64,000 bases of DNA, from the NCBI GenBank assembly GCA_021300395.1, contig JAJTEO010000002.1, positions 6,768-70,767 of the forward strand, read 5' to 3'. This document shows positions 58,326 to 64,000 of this stretch, in pieces. The translations under genes and the position numbers were made by a program. Position 1 is the first letter of the stretch, and every line of letters starts with the position of its first letter. The notes below the pieces were generated by a model that saw only the letters and a list, made by a program, of their open reading frames with translations, made no database searches and was not told the DNA's origin. This DNA is from Fluviicola sp. GTDB lineage: Bacteria; Bacteroidota; Bacteroidia; Flavobacteriales_D; Crocinitomicaceae.

Positions 58326-60197
58326 ATGTTGAAAGAATACGATGTTATAGTTGTTGGTGGTGGTCATGCTGGTTGTGAAGCTGCAAATGCTGCTGCCAAA
58401 TTGGGTAGTTCGGTTTTGTTGGTTACAATGAATATGAATACCATTGCTCAAATGAGTTGTAATCCTGCTATGGGTGGGGTTGCTAAAGGTCAAATTATTC
58501 GTGAAATTGATGCACTTGGTGGTGGTTCTGGAATTGTTACTGATAAAAGTGCAATTCAATTTCGAATGTTGAATTCTTCTAAAGGTCCGGCTATGTGGTC
58601 TCCTCGAGCGCAAAGCGATCGAATGAAATTTGCTGAAGAATGGCGTTTGTTGCTTGAGCGTAATCCGAATGTAGATTTTTGGCAGGATATGTGTTCTGGA
58701 TTGATCATTGAAGACAATATTGTAAAAGGTGTTCGTACTTCTCTTGGTATTGATATTTTTTCAAAAACTGTTGTTTTGACGAATGGCACTTTTTTGAATG
58801 GTTTGATTCACTTGGGTGAAAAGCAATTTGGTGGTGGTCGTGCTGCTGAAAGAGCGTCAACTGGAATTACAGAGGATTTGGTTGCAATTGGTTTTGAAGC
58901 CGGACGTATGAAAACGGGTACACCTCCAAGAGTTGATGGTAGATCTTTGGATTATTCTAAAATGGAAATTCAACCTGGTGATGAAAATCCAGCTAAATTT
59001 AGTTTTAGTGATACGTTACCATTAAGCGAACAGCGACCTTGTTATATTACATATACAAATAGTGTTACTCATGAAATGTTGAAGACTGGTTTTGATCGTT
59101 CTCCAATGTTTAATGGTTCTATTAAAAGTACTGGTCCACGTTATTGCCCTAGCATCGAAGATAAAATAAATCGTTTTGCTGATAAAGATCGTCATCAGAT
59201 TTTTGTTGAACCTGAAGGTTGGGATACATGTGAAATATATGTGAATGGTTTTAGTACTTCTTTACCTGAAGAAATTCAGTTGGCAGCATTAAAAACAATT
59301 CCTGGTTTTGAAAATGTAAAAATGTTTCGTCCAGGCTATGCAATTGAATATGATTACTTCCCTCCTACTCAGTTAAAACATACTTTAGAAACGAAGTTAG
59401 TGAAAGGTTTATATTTTGCTGGTCAGATTAATGGAACTACTGGTTATGAAGAAGCAGCTTGTCAAGGTTTAATGGCTGGTATAAATGCTCATCGTAAAGT
59501 TAATAATCAAGAAGATTTTATTTTATCTAGAAGTGAAGCTTATATAGGAGTTTTAATTGATGATTTAATTACGAAAGGAACTGAAGAGCCTTATAGAATG
59601 TTTACAAGTCGTGCAGAGTATAGAATTTTACTTCGTCATGATAATGCTGATATTCGTTTAACACCTTTAGCTCATGCTATCGGTATGGTTACTGATGGTG
59701 AATTAAAAAGAGTTCAAGATAAGTTAGAAGGTGTTCAAGCCCTTAAGAAGTCTTTACAAAAAGAAGGTGTTTCTCAAGAGGTAGCTAATCCTATTTTACT
59801 TTCTAAAGAAAGCTCACCAATTACTCAACAAGTTAAATTATCATCTTTAATTACACGTCCACATATAACTATTGAGGATGTATTATCGATGAGTTCAGTT
59901 TCTAAACTTTTAGCTGAACAATTGTTAGAGATTAACTCTGAAATAGTATCTCAAACTGAAATACTTCTTAAGTATGAAGGTTATATTTCTCGTGAAGAAG
60001 ATTTGGCTTTAAAGATGAGTCGTATGGATGAGCGTAAGATTCCAGATGGAGTTGATTATATGGTCATACCTAGTTTAAGTATAGAGGCTCGTCAAAAGTT
60101 AACTAAATTACAACCTGCTACTGTTGGTCAAGCATCTAGAGTTAGTGGTGTTTCTCCAAGTGATATTGCTGTTTTGCTAATTCATATAGGAAGATAA
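58326..60197 (+). CDS. mnmG: tRNA uridine-5-carboxymethylaminomethyl(34) synthesis enzyme MnmG (GidA)
   Basis: FAD motif [26 protein letters not shown], full-length 623 aa. Confidence 0.96.
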   Translation: MLKEYDVIVVGGGHAGCEAANAAAKLGSSVLLVTMNMNTIAQMSCNPAMGGVAKGQIIREIDALGGGSGIVTDKSAIQFRMLNSSKGPAMWSPRAQSDRMKFAEEWRLLLERNPNVDFWQDMCSGLIIEDNIVKGVRTSLGIDIFSKTVVLTNGTFLNGLIHLGEKQFGGGRAAERASTGITEDLVAIGFEAGRMKTGTPPRVDGRSLDYSKMEIQPGDENPAKFSFSDTLPLSEQRPCYITYTNSVTHEMLKTGFDRSPMFNGSIKSTGPRYCPSIEDKINRFADKDRHQIFVEPEGWDTCEIYVNGFSTSLPEEIQLAALKTIPGFENVKMFRPGYAIEYDYFPPTQLKHTLETKLVKGLYFAGQINGTTGYEEAACQGLMAGINAHRKVNNQEDFILSRSEAYIGVLIDDLITKGTEEPYRMFTSRAEYRILLRHDNADIRLTPLAHAIGMVTDGELKRVQDKLEGVQALKKSLQKEGVSQEVANPILLSKESSPITQQVKLSSLITRPHITIEDVLSMSSVSKLLAEQLLEINSEIVSQTEILLKYEGYISREEDLALKMSRMDERKIPDGVDYMVIPSLSIEARQKLTKLQPATVGQASRVSGVSPSDIAVLLIHIGR

Positions 60198-60207
60198 TAT
60201 ATATTAT

Positions 60208-60223
60208 TGTTTCACGTGAAACT
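60208..60223. other. parS site 3 (TGTTTCACGTGAAACT)
   Basis: 15/16 match to the parS consensus, 11 nt after the mnmG stop. Confidence 0.8.
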
Positions 60224-60224
60224 C

Positions 60225-60257
60225 AAAATCCGATCTGTTTTAGGTCGGATTTTTTTG
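60225..60257 (+). terminator. rho-independent terminator of mnmG
   Basis: AAAATCCGATC/GGTCGGATTTT stem (one G-U pair), 7-nt loop, T7. Confidence 0.75.
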
Positions 60258-60454
60258 TTAACTTATTTCTTAATCCTTATAGATTATTTATTTCTTTAAT
60301 TTAGATCTTCTCTCTGTTTTTCTATTTATTATTAATGATGATGAATTTTATGATTATCTATATTCATTATTCTAAACAATAATTTTTTCATTTCACATTT
60401 CTATTATTTTTGTATTCTTATTACATTTCTAGATTTTACTTGAAAATCTCTTTT

Positions 60455-60470
60455 TGTTTCACGTGAAACT
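60455..60470. other. parS site 4 (TGTTTCACGTGAAACT)
   Basis: Identical 16-mer to site 3. The flanks are also shared (TTGTTTCACGTGAAACTCAAA). Confidence 0.8.
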
Positions 60471-60603
60471 CAAATTGAGCGTTTTTTAAGATTGAAAATT
60501 GATTTTAATGCGTTTTAAGACATCTTTTTTCTGTTTAGTATAGAAATATATTGCCAGTTATTAGATAATCGATTTAAAAAGACGTGTTTTTCGACTTTTT
60601 TAC

Positions 60604-60637
60604 AAAAAAAATGGCCGATTTATTAAAAACCGACCAT
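60604..60637 (-). terminator. rho-independent terminator of ispG
   Basis: On the minus strand, AUGGUCGG/UCGGCCAU 8-bp stem (two G-U pairs) followed by U7-8. Confidence 0.65.
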
Positions 60638-60657
60638 TTTATATAAAATTTATTTAT

Positions 60658-62567
60658 TTAGTTTGTTGGTTCAATCCAATCACCATTTTCTTTGATCAAA
60701 TTAATTAATGCATCGACTGCTTCATTTTCAGAAACATTTTTTTGCATTACGTTTTTCTCTTTGTATAAATTAATTTTTCCTGGACCTGTTCCAACATATC
60801 CATAATCTGCATCTGCCATTTCACCTGGACCGTTAACGATACAACCCATGATTCCGATTTTGATTCCTTTTAAGTGAGAAGTTCGTTCTCTAATTTTTTG
60901 AGTTGTTTCTTGAAGATCAAAAAGAGTTCTACCACATGATGGACAAGAAATATATTCAGTTTTAGAAATTCTGGTTCTTGTTGCTTGTAAGATTCCAAAG
61001 GCAGTTGAATTGATAAATGAATCTGATTGATTAGAAGTAATCCAAATACCATCTCCAAATCCATCGATTAAACTTGCTCCGAATTCTGCCGATATTGCTA
61101 ATTGAAACATTTCTGAATCACTTTCATTTTTTTCAATGTGAAGTATAACTGGATTATTTATATCTAATTTCGATAAATTAATTCTAAAATTGCGAAATAA
61201 TTGTGTTTTGTTTGAATATTCAGTTTCTAATACAATGATAGCTTTTGAATATTTTTTAAGAATTTCTAAGTTCTTTTCTTCTGCTTTTGTTCTAACAAAA
61301 AATGTTTTATCAGAATCATTCATTGAATTTAATTGATCGAATTCTAAAATTGGATATACATTGTTTGAACTTGAATAATTCTTTTTCCAATTTTCAAAAT
61401 CTGCTATTATTTTCAAAGAGCCTGGTAATTCAAAAGATGGATTTTGATTTCCAATATATGCAAAATCAACTGCTTGATCCGTAAAGTTGTATTTGTCTAG
61501 ACTAACGGAATAATTATATCCAAAAGCAAATAAATTAGCAGGTTTTAAGTCTGTTTTTTTGCTTAAATCTGCAATTACTACGGGCACATGATGTCCACCA
61601 ACATGTTCATTTTCAATTGATTTTCTTTTAGAATATTCGAAAGGACTGTATGTTAATTCTTCTAATTGAATACCAGACAAATCAAATTCATTTGAATGAT
61701 TCAAATATTTTTCAATCAATTTTTTTGCAACTGGAATTTCAAATTCAGGTTCTTCAGTTAATGATACTCTAATGGTGTCACCCAAACCATCTTCTAATAA
61801 TGTTCCAATTCCAACAGCTGATTTAATTCTACCGTCTTCTCCATCTCCAGCTTCTGTTACACCTAAATGCAGAGGATAATTCATTCCTTCAGCTTTCATT
61901 TGAGCAACCAAAAGTCGGTAAGCCTGAACCATCACCAAAGTATTACTAGCTTTCATAGAAATCACAAACTCATGGTAATCATTTTTACGACAAATTCGAA
62001 TGAATTCCATCGCTGATTCAACCATTCCTTCAGGAGTATCTCCGAAACGACTTAAAATTCTATCAGATAATGAACCATGGTTTGTTTACAGATTTTAATT
62101 AAAGGTGTAAATTTTGATTCAATTCTTTCTAATTCAGCATGATAAGTAGCATCAGTATATTCGATTTCCTCAAATTTCTTTTTATCGGCATAATTTCCAG
62201 GGTTAATTCTAACCTTTTCAATTAATCGAGCAGCAATTTCAGCAGCATTTGGGGTAAAATGGATATCAGCGACCAAAGGAGTTGTGTAATTCTTATCGTT
62301 TAAGATTTTTTTGATTACTCCTAAATTCTCCGCTTCATTTTTACTTGGAGCCGTAATTCTAATCAATTCACATCCTGCCTCAATTAATCTAATAGATTGG
62401 TTAACAGAGCCTTCTGTATCCATAGTGTCAATCGTTGTCATTGATTGAACTCTAATTGGTTGTTCACCACCTAGTTTTAGTGAACCAATTGAAATTTCTT
62501 TTGTTGGAAATCGTTTACGGATTAATAGATTTTCACAGTAAGTATGAGGATTCAAATTATTGCTCAT
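60658..62567 (-). pseudogene. ispG: 4-hydroxy-3-methylbut-2-enyl diphosphate synthase (IspG/GcpE), reading frame broken near 62082..62090
   Basis: The N-terminal ORF (62052..62567: IRVQSMT, ADIHF, RINPGN) ends ...LIKICKQTMVHYLIEF*. The conserved continuation TNHGSLSDRILSRFGDTPEGMVESAMEF is in another frame, open only from 62084. The expected ~9-10 aa (..A-x-R-I-G-V) between ICK and NHGSL are absent. Confidence 0.8.
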
Positions 62568-62712
62568 TTGCCTAAATTAAAGGGTTTTATTTATTTTCTA
62601 AAATAGTAAACAAAAGTAATTAATAAAAAGTTTATACTGTTAATAATCTATAATACTGTTTTGGAAATCGGAGAATCGATCAACTTTGTTAAATTTTTAC
62701 AAATTTATGTCG

Positions 62713-62720
62713 TAACTTTG
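62713..62720 (+). promoter_or_regulatory. candidate -7 promoter box (TAACTTTG) for the desaturase gene
   Basis: TAnnTTTG match 66 nt upstream of the ATG at 62787. A TTTG lies 24 nt further upstream. Confidence 0.3.
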
Positions 62721-62786
62721 TAAATCTAGTAGGAAAAAGTTTTCTACTGGTTACTATGTTTTTAGTAGAGTTATTAATTATTTTTT

Positions 62787-63902
62787 ATGAATATACCAGT
62801 TATAAAGTTTGCAAAAGACCACAATGAAGAATTTTACAAGGTTTTGAAACAACGTGTAAATGAGTATTTTAAATCAACAGGAAAAACGAGACACGGAAAT
62901 TTTGGGATGGTTTTAAAAACTATTTTCATGATCTCGTTATATTTTACACCTTTTATTTCGCTTTTAACAGTTGATTTTATAAAAGAATCTGCTGGTTTAA
63001 CAGTTTTAATGTGGGTTATTATGGGCCTTGGAATGGCAGGAATTGGATTAAGTATCATGCACGATGCAAATCACAATGCCTATTCTAAAAATATGGTTGT
63101 CAATAATGCATTAGGTCATATTATTTGTTTCATAGGTGGTATCAATGTGAATTGGAAAATTCAACACAATGTATTACACCATACTTATACGAATGTTACA
63201 GGTATGGATGAAGATATCGATCCAGGAATTTTAATGCGTTTTACTCCACACGCTAAACGTTATAAAGCACATAAATTTCAACATTTATATGCTTGGTTTT
63301 TCTATGGTTTGATGACATTGTCTTGGGCAACTAACAAAGATTGGAAACAATTATTTAGATACAAGAAAATGGAGTTATTAGAAACTCAAGGTGTTAAATT
63401 TGTTCCTACTTTGATTTTTCTAATTGTAACAAAATTAGCATATTATGCTTTATTCATTGGTTTACCATTAATGTTTTCACCTCTTTCATGGTGGGCTACA
63501 ATTTTGTCTTATTTATTAATGCAATTTATTTGTGGATTAATTTTAGGTTTAATCTTTCAACCAGCACACGTTGTACCTTCATCAAACTATCCAATGCCTG
63601 ATGAGTCTGGTAACATTGAAGCGGATTGGGCAGTAAATCAATTATACAATACTGCTAACTTTGCTCCAGGAGCTCGTTTACTTTCATGGTACGTTGGTGG
63701 ATTGAATTACCAAGTTGAACACCATTTATTTCCAAATATCTGTCATGTTCATTACCGTAAACTTTCTAAAATTGTAAAGGAAACGGCAGAAGAGTTTAAA
63801 TTACCATACAATTCTGAAAAAACATTCATGGGTGCGATCGTTAAACATGGTAAAATGTTATATGATTTAGGTCATTACGATAATGCTCCAGCATTACATT
63901 AA
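62787..63902 (+). CDS. membrane fatty-acid desaturase (three His-box type)
   Basis: His boxes HDANHNAY, HNVLHHTYTN, QVEHHLFP. 4 TM helices and no fused cytochrome b5. Confidence 0.85.
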   Translation: MNIPVIKFAKDHNEEFYKVLKQRVNEYFKSTGKTRHGNFGMVLKTIFMISLYFTPFISLLTVDFIKESAGLTVLMWVIMGLGMAGIGLSIMHDANHNAYSKNMVVNNALGHIICFIGGINVNWKIQHNVLHHTYTNVTGMDEDIDPGILMRFTPHAKRYKAHKFQHLYAWFFYGLMTLSWATNKDWKQLFRYKKMELLETQGVKFVPTLIFLIVTKLAYYALFIGLPLMFSPLSWWATILSYLLMQFICGLILGLIFQPAHVVPSSNYPMPDESGNIEADWAVNQLYNTANFAPGARLLSWYVGGLNYQVEHHLFPNICHVHYRKLSKIVKETAEEFKLPYNSEKTFMGAIVKHGKMLYDLGHYDNAPALH

Positions 63903-63908
63903 TAAGAA

Positions 63909-64000
63909 ATGAATCTTGAATTTATTCGAGAATATTGTTTAAGTAAGCATCAAGCGGAAGAATCATTTCCGTTTGATGCTTCTATTTTAGCTTTTAAAAT
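63909..64000 (+). CDS. MmcQ/YjbR-like protein, N-terminal fragment (runs off window)
   Basis: MNLEFIREYCLSKHQAEESFPFDASILAFK resembles the YjbR N-terminus (..L..YCL..PG.EE..PF....). Only 30 codons are visible. Confidence 0.4.
   Translation, partial: MNLEFIREYCLSKHQAEESFPFDASILAFK

Noticed and set aside
58275-58613. 112-aa minus-strand ORF overlapping the mnmG 5' end
   Set aside because: It is antisense to a strongly supported mnmG reading frame, has low-complexity T/N/R-rich translation, and its end is created by the parS palindrome. It is spurious. The same reasoning applies to 58556..58789, 15546..16046, 1341..1649, 4907..5110, 5419..5949, 7657..8016, 10845..11418, 26200..26759, 28460..28759, 53254..53526 and 54334..54561.
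60224-60657. Possible oriC in the AT-rich non-coding DNA downstream of mnmG, between and after parS sites 3 and 4
   Set aside because: I found no TTATCCACA/TGTGGATAA-type DnaA boxes; the best matches are 5-7 of 9. There is no clear array of 13-mer-like DUE repeats and no dnaA nearby. The region is explained by two terminators plus the parS sites. Origin proximity is plausible, but an origin call is not supportable from this window.

Overview
This 64-kb chromosomal segment reads as a low-GC Bacteroidota genome, probably Flavobacteriia-like. The evidence is T9SS C-terminal sorting domains, SprB-type repeats, LytTR two-component pairs, TAnnTTTG-type -7 promoter boxes and many A/T-flanked hairpin terminators. 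I call about 55 protein genes, mostly housekeeping (leuS, holB, hemA-hemC-hemD, rseP, polA, bioA, tsaC, pyrC, pepN, rpiB, folB, gltX, ybeY, mnmG), plus one tRNA-Cys. There is no rRNA, no CRISPR array and no intact transposase or integrase. Eight items deserve a second look. (1) An AT-rich three-gene insert between holB and hemA encodes a small TM protein, an HNH nuclease with an unassignable ~210-aa N-terminal domain, and a translationally coupled HIT hydrolase. This is my best candidate for an undescribed defence or conflict module. (2) Four canonical parS centromere sites lie within 2.2 kb around ybeY and mnmG. (3) ispG is split by an out-of-frame deletion of a conserved TIM-barrel strand. 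(4) polA has an in-frame loss of about 60 aa that include the 5'-nuclease metal-binding motif. (5) A GC-rich oligonucleotide occurs as an in-frame insertion in leuS and as a frameshifting insertion in a decayed ORF6N/DUF559 chimera. (6) A T9SS adhesin carries near-identical 276-bp coding repeats. (7) Two proteins have an odd export-signal architecture: Tat signal plus T9SS CTD, and ECF-sigma partner plus type-B CTD. (8) A LysR/SbtA-like/CutA-like cluster is present. All protein calls come from motif recognition by eye on the supplied translations. No database search or statistic was run.
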